From contig CBDCFN010000016.1 of assembly GCA_965216315.1 (NCBI GenBank), forward strand, positions 1,280,001 through 1,344,000: a stretch of DNA of 64,000 bases. Reading direction: 5' to 3'. Made by a program: the position numbers and the translations under genes. The notes below the pieces were generated by a model, which worked only from the letters and a program-made list of their open reading frames with translations, did not search any database and had not been told where the DNA came from. The DNA comes from a bacterium (GTDB taxonomy: Bacteria; UBA10199; 2-02-FULL-50-16; JAJFLM01). Below are positions 1 through 8,447 of the stretch, one piece after another (within the stretch, counting starts at the first letter, position 1; each line of letters begins with the position of its first letter).

Positions 1-1
1 C

Positions 2-526
2 TTTACCGCGACACGTTCACAGCATCATCAACTGGAATTTTTCCAGGAATCGGCGATTCCGTTTTATCCGGTTTTTTTACTCGGTTATGTGATGATCTTT
101 GTGATCATTGGCTACACCTATGTCGGGATCAATGATGGTGAATTTTTCAAGAAAGTTGTCCGTACCTTTGCCGTTTGTTTAACCATTCATTTTATCTGTT
201 TTCTAGTCTTTCCGGTTGAATACGTACTCAGGCCCGAAATTGATCCGAGTCAGGGATGGATGTATCAGGCCGTACACTTCTACTATTGGTACGACCTTCC
301 GTATAATTGTTTCCCCTCACTACATGTTTCCAATGCCTTTTTGTGTGCCTTTATGCTGGGGCGTTACCAAAAGCGACTTGGCTGGATTTTTATTCCAATG
401 GCCGTCCTCGTCGCTCTTTCCGTCGTGTTAGTTCGTCAGCATTACATTATTGATGTCATTGCGGGTTTTCTTGTAGCGGCCGGCCTTTATTGGTTCATGT
501 GGTGTCGACGGGTCAAAGCCGTTTAA
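2..526 (+). CDS. PAP2-family membrane phosphatase / inositolphosphorylceramide-synthase-like protein (5' end outside the window)
   Basis: Frame is open from base 2. NCFPSLH and QHYIID motifs with several TM helices. Confidence 0.8.
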   Translation, partial: FTATRSQHHQLEFFQESAIPFYPVFLLGYVMIFVIIGYTYVGINDGEFFKKVVRTFAVCLTIHFICFLVFPVEYVLRPEIDPSQGWMYQAVHFYYWYDLPYNCFPSLHVSNAFLCAFMLGRYQKRLGWIFIPMAVLVALSVVLVRQHYIIDVIAGFLVAAGLYWFMWCRRVKAV

Positions 527-1716
527 ATTTGCGTTCCATCCGATTCCATCGACATTTCGGCTTCCGCTAGACTGACTTGGTGCGAAGAGGGAATGGCAAT
601 TGTCAATGAGATGAGGGTAACAGTGACCATGAGAAGTGAGGCGATAACAAAAGGTAAGGGGATGTAATAAACGTAGAATAGCCCTGCGAGTGTGGGGCCG
701 ATGACCCGGCCCAGTGATGCCGCCGATTGAAAGGTTCCCATGATGGCGCCGCGCGTCTGCGGGCGGGTGACTTTAGAGACGAGACTCAACATAGAAGGTT
801 GGGAGATGCCGCGACCCAGTGCCGCTATTCCAAGCGGCAGTAAGAGGACGGCAACGCGTGATATCCAGGGAATGCTAACAAAGGCAATCATCAAAAGAAT
901 AGCGCCGCTCGTGAGCAGCTTCCTCTCGCCAAAACGACTCGCGAGGCTCCGAATGGCGCCGCCTTGGACCCCGGCCATGATAAGGGCCATGCCCACGAGG
1001 ATATAGGCGACCTCGCGCGCGTCATACTGAAAACGGTCCATCATGAAGTAGGCGAATACCGCTTCGAGCTGCGTGACGGCGACGGTAAAAACGAAATTAA
1101 GCAGACACATTTTTCGTATCGAGCTATCACGTAAAAAATGCCACCGCTTGGTCGGCTCTTCCATGGTGCGGTGTCGCTCGGGTTCACGGAGGGTTAGGCT
1201 GGCGTAGATAAAATTGATCAAGGCCAGGGCGGCGGCTGTGAGCATCGGGACTCCATAACCATAGGGGGCGAGCAGGCCCCCAATCGCCGGTCCAAGGATG
1301 AAACCAATCCCGAAGGAGGCCCCTATCATCCCCATCCACTTCGTGCGGTTCTTTTCATCGGTGACATCCGTCACGTAGGCCGTGGCAACGCTAATATTGG
1401 CGGCGAAGATGCCGCCCAGGATGCGGGCAATAAAGAGCCACAGTAAAGAATTGGCCAAGCCAAGCAACAAGAGGGCGACACTCGATCCCAAGATGGTCAT
1501 CAGCATGACCGGGCGCCGACCAATCCGGTCGGATAGACGGCCCCACAAGGGGGCGAAGATAAATTGCATGGCTGCATAAGAGGTGAGGAGCCCCCCCAAA
1601 ACGGCGGCACTCGCCCCGTAGGACTCGGCATAAAAGGGCAGGACGGGGATGACAATGCCGAATCCGATCAGGTCGATGACGACAATGCTAAATAATACAA
1701 AAAGAGTTGATTTCAT
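523..1716 (-). CDS. MFS transporter, TetA/DHA1-like
   Basis: Motif A GRLSDRIGRRP, GFILGPAIGG antiporter motif, ~12 TM segments. Confidence 0.92.
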   Translation of the reverse strand: MKSTLFVLFSIVVIDLIGFGIVIPVLPFYAESYGASAAVLGGLLTSYAAMQFIFAPLWGRLSDRIGRRPVMLMTILGSSVALLLLGLANSLLWLFIARILGGIFAANISVATAYVTDVTDEKNRTKWMGMIGASFGIGFILGPAIGGLLAPYGYGVPMLTAAALALINFIYASLTLREPERHRTMEEPTKRWHFLRDSSIRKMCLLNFVFTVAVTQLEAVFAYFMMDRFQYDAREVAYILVGMALIMAGVQGGAIRSLASRFGERKLLTSGAILLMIAFVSIPWISRVAVLLLPLGIAALGRGISQPSMLSLVSKVTRPQTRGAIMGTFQSAASLGRVIGPTLAGLFYVYYIPLPFVIASLLMVTVTLISLTIAIPSSHQVSLAEAEMSMESDGTQI

Positions 1717-1817
1717 TAGGAATCCCGCTTTCTGGCATCTTTAACCGGGCGGGGCAAGGAAATCCCGTCCTTAGGGCCCATATAGGCGAAAATCCGCAAG
1801 ATCTTTGCGAAAAACCG

Positions 1818-1844
1818 GCAACTTCTGAAAATGGCGGCCGATAA
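1818..1844 (+). promoter_or_regulatory. Sigma-28-like promoter GCAACTTC-N11-GCCGATAA
   Basis: Perfect FliA-type -10 (GCCGATAA). The same architecture recurs at other orphan genes in the window. Confidence 0.7.
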
Positions 1845-1849
1845 TGAGT

Positions 1850-3037
1850 ATGGAGTTGGCCCGCCTGTGGCCGTTAGCGTTGTGTGCTAGTGTTATGTAC
1901 TGTGAATATATAAATGCCGTTGCCCGGTATTTCGGCTTTGGTCCCATTGTTGACTGCACGGATAGCAGTCAAAACGATGATGCGACCAATGGCTCTGTGC
2001 CGACAAGCCAGCAAAGCAATTATTGTCCTGCTGATCCTTCCATTGACGATAGTCTTGCGCCGATGTGCGTCGATCCTACGGCGGCACTGTGGGCGGAGCC
2101 AAACTACACTCCTGCAGCGTCTCCAGTTTCCGATGATGACTCCGACGATAGCTCACCGAGTGCCGCGATGGCGCTCCCGCTTATTGTCGGCGGATTGCGG
2201 GTGGTTGCCGATGAAGCAGCCAATGGTCCTGACTATATGAGTGAGCGCGGCTCAAGAGAAGTTCAGCAGGCGGCGGATATTGTACGTGAAGCGCAGCGAC
2301 GACTACTAATGGAACATGGAATTGAGATGTCAGCGACAGAGCTGCGCAATACCTTTCATTATGAAATCGCTCAGGACTTTAAGACAGGTCGTGACGGACG
2401 CCGAAACCACGGGAGCTTGGAACACTACAGTGAGCAGGTAGATGCCCTTGTTTCATTTTACGCCTATCGAGCAGAGCCCAATAGCTGTACCGCACCGACG
2501 GCCGTGACTGAGGGCCTTATTACAGAGCTACGGAATACGATGTTGATCGAATCGCTTCCGGAAGCGGTTAAAACGGCGTTTATCAATGACCAGCGAAATG
2601 AGTTGAATCGTGAATTGAATCGTCTGATTGGGGAGCATAATGCCACTTCTTATGAGACCCTGCCCAATGATGTGCGCATGGAATTCGAGCGGCGTTGGCA
2701 CGAGAATTATTCTACCTATATCAACAATTACTGGTCGGAACCGAATCAGGCATTTCCGCGGTTTAGTTCGGCCCGAACGGAAGTGACCCCGACCAGCGTC
2801 GATACACCAACCATCGATCCCAGCCTACCGCTGGAGACACGCTTGCAAATGGCGGAAGAGGCGCGGCGCACTGAGAGCTCCCATGATCGATCTGATTTGC
2901 CGCTGGAAGCACGCCTCTCTGACCATGAACGGGAGCAACGTCCTTGGGAAAGTCGGGAAACGGATCGGCGTGCCGGGTTTGAGGGGGAAGAGCGCAGAGG
3001 GTGGGAGCGGCGCAGCGAGCGCCGGCGTCGGCGTTAA
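1850..3037 (+). CDS. Hypothetical protein carrying a domain shared with the 31816-37149 giant protein; Arg/Glu-rich tail
   Basis: 397-aa ORF (start 1844, 1850 or 1895 uncertain). MSERG...VREAQR...GRRNHGSL...LPNDVRMEFERR aligns by eye with 35467-35958. Confidence 0.75.
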   Translation: MELARLWPLALCASVMYCEYINAVARYFGFGPIVDCTDSSQNDDATNGSVPTSQQSNYCPADPSIDDSLAPMCVDPTAALWAEPNYTPAASPVSDDDSDDSSPSAAMALPLIVGGLRVVADEAANGPDYMSERGSREVQQAADIVREAQRRLLMEHGIEMSATELRNTFHYEIAQDFKTGRDGRRNHGSLEHYSEQVDALVSFYAYRAEPNSCTAPTAVTEGLITELRNTMLIESLPEAVKTAFINDQRNELNRELNRLIGEHNATSYETLPNDVRMEFERRWHENYSTYINNYWSEPNQAFPRFSSARTEVTPTSVDTPTIDPSLPLETRLQMAEEARRTESSHDRSDLPLEARLSDHEREQRPWESRETDRRAGFEGEERRGWERRSERRRRR

Positions 3038-4035
3038 GAAACTTTCAGGCCACCTCGGCCGACTTCGAGAAATTCAATTAAGGACAATCCATGTTGCGTG
3101 GTTGGCAGCTCCGGGCGAGCTGCGCTGACCAGGGACCAGACTAACTCTCGTTGCTCAAGTGTTGTGGCAACCAGAGAACTTATAATCTCTGCGCACTGTT
3201 GAATGCGAGCGTCGTGCGGATGCTCGTGCGTAAGTTGTGCCATCCGTTGAGCGAGTTTCTGAAAGGAGGCTTCACAGGCGATCGCAATAATTTCTTCCAA
3301 GGCGACGTCGACGGTAGGATTGAAGCGATAGGCCATGTCGAGATAGTCAAAACTATAGCTGAACAGGACCGCGGATCTTAAACTTGTTGTCGGCAAATTG
3401 GGATAGTGAAGGTGAAGGGCCTCTTGGATGGCCGGAAATTCAAGCTCTTCGCTATCCCAGCTTTTAGCGGCACGTGCCATGGCGATGCGCCTGAGTACCT
3501 CGGAGTTGGCGTTGCGCTGGTTTTCATTCATCACGCTCGCATCGGACTTTGTGCCCCAATGAATGAGGGTTAAGGCCAAGTCGCGGTCGATGTGAAAAAG
3601 CTCATCGCCTAAATGGGTGGCATCCGTTCCGGTACGGTTGGCGGCGAGGTTGCCGGCGGTTTGCAAAATGATGGCCGCCGAGGGTGCCAAATTGGGATCT
3701 TTCCAGTTGAGGTCTGAAAGGAGATAAAGGGCGGAGGCCAACATCACCCGGTCACGCATGGGCATGGCCTGTTCCACCGTAGAGGTCTTGTGAAGTCGAG
3801 CGACGGCTGTATCGAGAGTTTGCTGCGTTTCTGTAATACTCGCATCGCCGGCAAGTTGAGAGCGAAAGCTGAGTAAGGCATCAATGGGACGATGCATGTA
3901 AGAATCGCTCGCGTGCCGGTGATAATGTTCCAGCTCTTCAAAGCGGGTGCGGATCGCCGTGTTATTGAGAATACTGGAACCCGCACCACTGGCCAAGAGT
4001 GGAAACATGGAGAATGAAGTTACCCCGATCGTCAT
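3034..4035 (-). CDS. Hypothetical helical protein, translationally coupled to rtcB
   Basis: 333-aa ORF with ATGA overlap with the rtcB stop. No recognisable motif. Confidence 0.65.
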   Translation of the reverse strand: MTIGVTSFSMFPLLASGAGSSILNNTAIRTRFEELEHYHRHASDSYMHRPIDALLSFRSQLAGDASITETQQTLDTAVARLHKTSTVEQAMPMRDRVMLASALYLLSDLNWKDPNLAPSAAIILQTAGNLAANRTGTDATHLGDELFHIDRDLALTLIHWGTKSDASVMNENQRNANSEVLRRIAMARAAKSWDSEELEFPAIQEALHLHYPNLPTTSLRSAVLFSYSFDYLDMAYRFNPTVDVALEEIIAIACEASFQKLAQRMAQLTHEHPHDARIQQCAEIISSLVATTLEQRELVWSLVSAARPELPTTQHGLSLIEFLEVGRGGLKVS

Positions 4036-5489
4036 TCCTTGATCACTCCGATCGGACGCATCCGGGCGACGGGAGCGGCCATGCCCTCGCGATCGACGAC
4101 GCCGATCACGCCATCGATATCCTTGTAGGCCTGTGGCGCCTCACCAATGATGGTCCTATTGTCGTGGTTCACGAGGGTTACGCCACGCATGGCGCGTTTA
4201 AATTCCTTTTTACTGATGCGCTTACGGCTGACTTCCAAACGTCCGGATCCGTCACCGCGACGCACGTCATCGTGAACCTCGAAACCAAGTGCTTGACTGC
4301 GTGAGAGCACGCGTCCGGCCCCATGATTGACGCTGTGCAATGCGGCTTCACTCCCTTCAACGCCGACGAGCAGATAACTCGCGGTTCCCATCGAGCCGGG
4401 GATAATGACCGGTTGCCCCCAGGCCGCCTGTTCGGTGCCGATCATTTTAGAGGGGGGCAGGGCGCGAGCGGCCCCTTTGCGGTGCACAAATAAACTTTCA
4501 CCACCGTGTTCTTCGGGTTTAACCATGTTATGAGAGATGTCATAAACGACACGCGCCTCGGCATCATTATAATGAGTACGCATCGTATGCAGAGCGAGGG
4601 CCCCCAGCATCATGCGATTGGCATAGCCCCAGTTGGAAGCGGCCGCAGCCGCTCCTAGATAGTCCTGACCGAGTTCGCTATCCACCGGTATTGGATGGAC
4701 GTCTTTGAGTTTGGCATTGATCGGACCATTCCCCAGGTTACGGGCCTTTTGACCGTACTGATTCGCAATATTATGGCCCATGCCGCGGGAACCACTGTGG
4801 AGCATCATGACCACAGCGCCCCGCATAATCCCGAGAGCGGACGCGATTTCAGTATTCAATACATCATCAATAACTTGAAATTCCAGAAAGTGATTGCCAC
4901 TGCCAAGCGTCCCCAATTGTCTCATCCCACCTTGTTTGATGTGAGCGCGCGCGACCTTGCTGGGGTCGCCCGTTAAAGAACCTCTTTCTTCGACGTGAGC
5001 AAGCTCCCACTGAAGATAAGCGGCGTCGATCATCTCCCAGACGGCATGTTGGGAACGCGTTTCCATGGAGATATCAGCGAGGGTGGCAAGGCCGCCTTGC
5101 ATGATCATATGGGTGTCCGCCTCGCTCAGCTTTACATGGCTCCAGCGTTCGCCAATGTTGATCGCGGCATAAATATCGGCGAGCAAATCGCGCGTGACGT
5201 CCTGACGGGTGAGATTGGTTGTCATCAACCGCATGCCACAGTTGATGTCTTTGCCAACCGCTGCCGGAATGACCGACGAGCGGGTCGAAAGCACGAAGCC
5301 ATTCGGCACGGAAACGCCGGCATGGAGATCGGGCATCGCCAAGGCGTGCACGACGTCCGGCAGTTGGGTCATGGCACGGGCCTGCGTGAGGGCCTGTTGG
5401 CTAAAGTGGACGGAACCCATCCCAAAAACGCTTAGGGAGGGTGCAGCCGCTTGAAGTGTCAGGTTGGCAGCCGTGGCCAGTGTCATCAA
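4032..5489 (-). CDS. rtcB: RtcB-family RNA ligase (divergent, with an Ala/Thr-rich N-terminus)
   Basis: MPDLH, DINCGM, LGTLGSGNHFLE, HSGSRG, HRKGA, PGSMG, HGAGR and EAPQAYKD motifs. Confidence 0.93.
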   Translation of the reverse strand: MMTLATAANLTLQAAAPSLSVFGMGSVHFSQQALTQARAMTQLPDVVHALAMPDLHAGVSVPNGFVLSTRSSVIPAAVGKDINCGMRLMTTNLTRQDVTRDLLADIYAAINIGERWSHVKLSEADTHMIMQGGLATLADISMETRSQHAVWEMIDAAYLQWELAHVEERGSLTGDPSKVARAHIKQGGMRQLGTLGSGNHFLEFQVIDDVLNTEIASALGIMRGAVVMMLHSGSRGMGHNIANQYGQKARNLGNGPINAKLKDVHPIPVDSELGQDYLGAAAAASNWGYANRMMLGALALHTMRTHYNDAEARVVYDISHNMVKPEEHGGESLFVHRKGAARALPPSKMIGTEQAAWGQPVIIPGSMGTASYLLVGVEGSEAALHSVNHGAGRVLSRSQALGFEVHDDVRRGDGSGRLEVSRKRISKKEFKRAMRGVTLVNHDNRTIIGEAPQAYKDIDGVIGVVDREGMAAPVARMRPIGVIKE

Positions 5490-5579
5490 TTTCCTCTCTC
5501 CTCAGTGGGACCCATGTCCGATGACCCGACCAAAAACCTAGTAATTACAGCAGAATACAACCGGCTGCGATTGGGGCCC

Positions 5580-5606
5580 TTATCGACGCCCGCTGCTGAA
5601 TGTTGC
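5580..5606 (-). promoter_or_regulatory. Sigma-28-like promoter GCAACATT-N11-GTCGATAA upstream of rtcB
   Basis: Matches the recurring motif and its spacing. Confidence 0.65.
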
Positions 5607-5615
5607 GTCCAAAGT

Positions 5616-5677
5616 GTGTTCAGATGTCCACTGAAAGCCCTTCCGGCGCCTCACTCGAAAATCAACCCCGCCGATAA
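5616..5677 (+). promoter_or_regulatory. Upstream box GTGTTCAGATGTCCACTGAAAGC plus GCCGATAA -10
   Basis: 21/23 identical to 12916-12938, with the same 54-bp offset to GCCGATAA. Confidence 0.7.
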
Positions 5678-5732
5678 CTAGAGACGTAGGCAATTGAAGT
5701 ATTCAGCCTAAGCAATTGATTTGAAAGGTGTA

Positions 5733-8447
5733 ATGGGTGTGTTGATGGTGCTAGAGAATATTGCGACTTTTATTGCGGGTGGGCCGTTTCAAGGCGGTTC
5801 GGCGGGCCATGACCCGGTGGTTCATGGGCCCAAACAGCTGGCAGATGGACCGGACAAGCCTGATCACTCTATTGTCATTAAGACGACCGGACTGAAGCTG
5901 GCACAGGGACGAAGTGCTAAGGGAACGACCGTCTGGAAGCAGGTTACGCCGGGCAAGCAAGTCAAAGTAACCCCCCACAGCGAAAAACCCATCTACAAAT
6001 TCGCCTTTAATGGTTCTTCGGCGCAACGCAAAGTCGTGGATGCCGCACTTCGCCAACTTAAAGTGGATCCCAACAGTGTCAGTGCTCAGTTTAACCTGGC
6101 CAAGCTCTATGCCAAACAAGGCAATAAAGCGGCGGGGCAATATTATTACCGGCGGGCCTTCTTAGCGATCGTTGCGACGAAGCAAAAGCCGAGTCAACTG
6201 GAGGAAATTGCCCGGGGTTTGATCGCCACCGGCGATGCATACACGGCGGCTCGCGTTTATCAGTATCTGCTGACGAAAGCCGATAAGGTTAAAGATATTG
6301 AGACGGATGGGATCGGATCCTTTCGCTGGCGCAAACGTCGTTATCTTTCGACCAATCGTCATCACGCCTTTATCAACATTGATACGGCCCTGAGTGCGGA
6401 AAAACGCGTGCAGTTTGCGCGCGCGATGTACGCGCAGGCTCAAGCCGGCAAGGACATTATCGGTGAGTATGAGGCCCTAGGGATACTCAAAGACCTCAAG
6501 GTCATTAACCCGGAGGAGCTGTCACGTCTCCATCAGCTGAGTGGAATGGACGGTGGCGATCCTCAAAAGGTCGACGTGCAGCAGGTTATTGATGCCGCGT
6601 GGAATTATGTAAAGAACGGTCACTTTGACCGGGCCAAACAGACGTACCATTACATTCTTTCGCTGGGTTGGGCTCAGAAACAGCCGCTCAATAAGGATGC
6701 ACGTCTTCTGAAGCTGGAAAAGGCCGTGAGGGCACCGGATCAACACGCCAAGAGTCTCGTTAATAAAAAGATTGATGAGCTGACGAAAAAACTGGCGACT
6801 TGTCCTCGCAAGGACGTGCCGGAGCTGAATAAGAAAATTGCCGTATTGCGCGGGGCTTTGGCGATAGCCAATAAAGTTCCGGCCGGCGATTTTAGTTTTG
6901 GCGATGCCTCTCGAATTGCGACCATAGCCAAAGCTCAAATACTCTTGGGCGCCTTGAAAAAAGATAAGAATCTGCTGGAATCGGGGTTTAAAACGGGTGT
7001 CCTTCTTGACAATATAGCCCGTTATGACAAGCGCGCAAAGATTGCCAAGACGGCTTATCTGCAATTGTTTCCGAAGAGCATGCGGTCTTTTATTGCCTGG
7101 GGTTCGTTGCCGGTCATAGCAGGACGTTATTCCGAAAACACCAAGGGTTGGAGAGCCTATTTCCCCCGACCGGATGTCGTGAATAATTCGGCCGCGATCA
7201 AGGCATTCAATTCACATGATAAAAAAACCGGACAGGGAGCCCAATTAGCGCGTGAGCTTGCGACTTTAATCCAATCGAGCCCAAATGTCTCCGCTCGATT
7301 TGATAATTTAAATGGACTTAAGACCTTTTTTGCCAGCTATAAAACGAAAGTTGATGCGGTCGACTGGAAGAATGTTCAGGCCTATTTTGACGAGGTAAAC
7401 ACGCTTAACGGACAGACGGATGCGTCCAAAAAGCAGCGGCGCATCCAGGAGAGTGTCACCAACCTCCGCCAACTGCACGCTGTGATCAATCGACTTAACG
7501 GCGGCAAAGTCAGCGGCACAGAACTTGATAGTCTCATCAAGGGTCTTAGCGCGATGCCTGGCGCAAAAGAAGTGGCCGGCAAAAACAAGCTCGAGACAGC
7601 CAAGGCGCTGGCCCATGCGATTTATAATTATAATCACGGTCGGCTTGCGGCAGATCTCAACTCAGCTATTAAAGAAGTCGCCAAGCTTCCCGGTACCAAG
7701 GGAGAGTCCTTAAAAGCCCAGGCCAAGCAGATTTTGCGCAGTTTCGGTGGTGATAAGACCGTCGCGCTGAAGAAATTGTTTCATAATATTGAAGTCGAGC
7801 GTATCCGCGGCACGTGTACGGCCTTGATCAAGCAGTTCAAAGCTGCGCGTAAAGCGGACAAGCGGATGGACACCGGGGATTATCCCATTATTCGTCAATT
7901 ACTGTGGCTCTGTGAGAAAGTCACGGGCGATAAATATAAGCATACCGACTTGTTTTTTGGCCGCATGATCAAGGATCTGCAACAGATCAAGTCCGACCTC
8001 AACGACCCGAAGAAACTCGCCTCAGCGCGTGAGAATTTTACAGGTCTCATGCAGGGGAGCCATCTCCAGTTTGTTTTGGCAGACGCGAAGTCAACCATTA
8101 AGCACGACAGCTACATCAATCTCGGTGCGAATATCACGCTCATCGTACTGGGTGGCCTGCTTGCCGCCCCGGTCGGTGTGCTCGCCCAAGCGCGCACCGT
8201 TGCCCTGCTCGGGCGCACGGCCTTGACCGTGAATCAAATCAAATTCGCCGGGGCCGGCGCCAGCATATTAGCGAATGCCGCGGTCTTTACTCAGGTCGAG
8301 GCGGGCGTCGGCGAGGGCAACTGGTTCGGATACAATACGCGCACTGGAAAGTGGGATTTCGCGAGTTTAGGAAAGCGGATGGCGCACAATACGGCGATGT
8401 TCGGGTTTATGCACGGTGCCTTCGGGTTGTATAGTAAAGTACGCTAA
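5733..8447 (+). CDS. Giant protein, N-terminal part: TPR-like helices, coiled coil, start of the hydrophobic core. Continues in the -1 frame into 8438-11587
   Basis: 908-aa ORF from TTG 5721 (ATG 5733). TPR-like DPNSVSAQFNLAKLYAKQG. Ends in the middle of the core shared with 23799 and 31816. Confidence 0.75.
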   Translation: MGVLMVLENIATFIAGGPFQGGSAGHDPVVHGPKQLADGPDKPDHSIVIKTTGLKLAQGRSAKGTTVWKQVTPGKQVKVTPHSEKPIYKFAFNGSSAQRKVVDAALRQLKVDPNSVSAQFNLAKLYAKQGNKAAGQYYYRRAFLAIVATKQKPSQLEEIARGLIATGDAYTAARVYQYLLTKADKVKDIETDGIGSFRWRKRRYLSTNRHHAFINIDTALSAEKRVQFARAMYAQAQAGKDIIGEYEALGILKDLKVINPEELSRLHQLSGMDGGDPQKVDVQQVIDAAWNYVKNGHFDRAKQTYHYILSLGWAQKQPLNKDARLLKLEKAVRAPDQHAKSLVNKKIDELTKKLATCPRKDVPELNKKIAVLRGALAIANKVPAGDFSFGDASRIATIAKAQILLGALKKDKNLLESGFKTGVLLDNIARYDKRAKIAKTAYLQLFPKSMRSFIAWGSLPVIAGRYSENTKGWRAYFPRPDVVNNSAAIKAFNSHDKKTGQGAQLARELATLIQSSPNVSARFDNLNGLKTFFASYKTKVDAVDWKNVQAYFDEVNTLNGQTDASKKQRRIQESVTNLRQLHAVINRLNGGKVSGTELDSLIKGLSAMPGAKEVAGKNKLETAKALAHAIYNYNHGRLAADLNSAIKEVAKLPGTKGESLKAQAKQILRSFGGDKTVALKKLFHNIEVERIRGTCTALIKQFKAARKADKRMDTGDYPIIRQLLWLCEKVTGDKYKHTDLFFGRMIKDLQQIKSDLNDPKKLASARENFTGLMQGSHLQFVLADAKSTIKHDSYINLGANITLIVLGGLLAAPVGVLAQARTVALLGRTALTVNQIKFAGAGASILANAAVFTQVEAGVGEGNWFGYNTRTGKWDFASLGKRMAHNTAMFGFMHGAFGLYSKVR

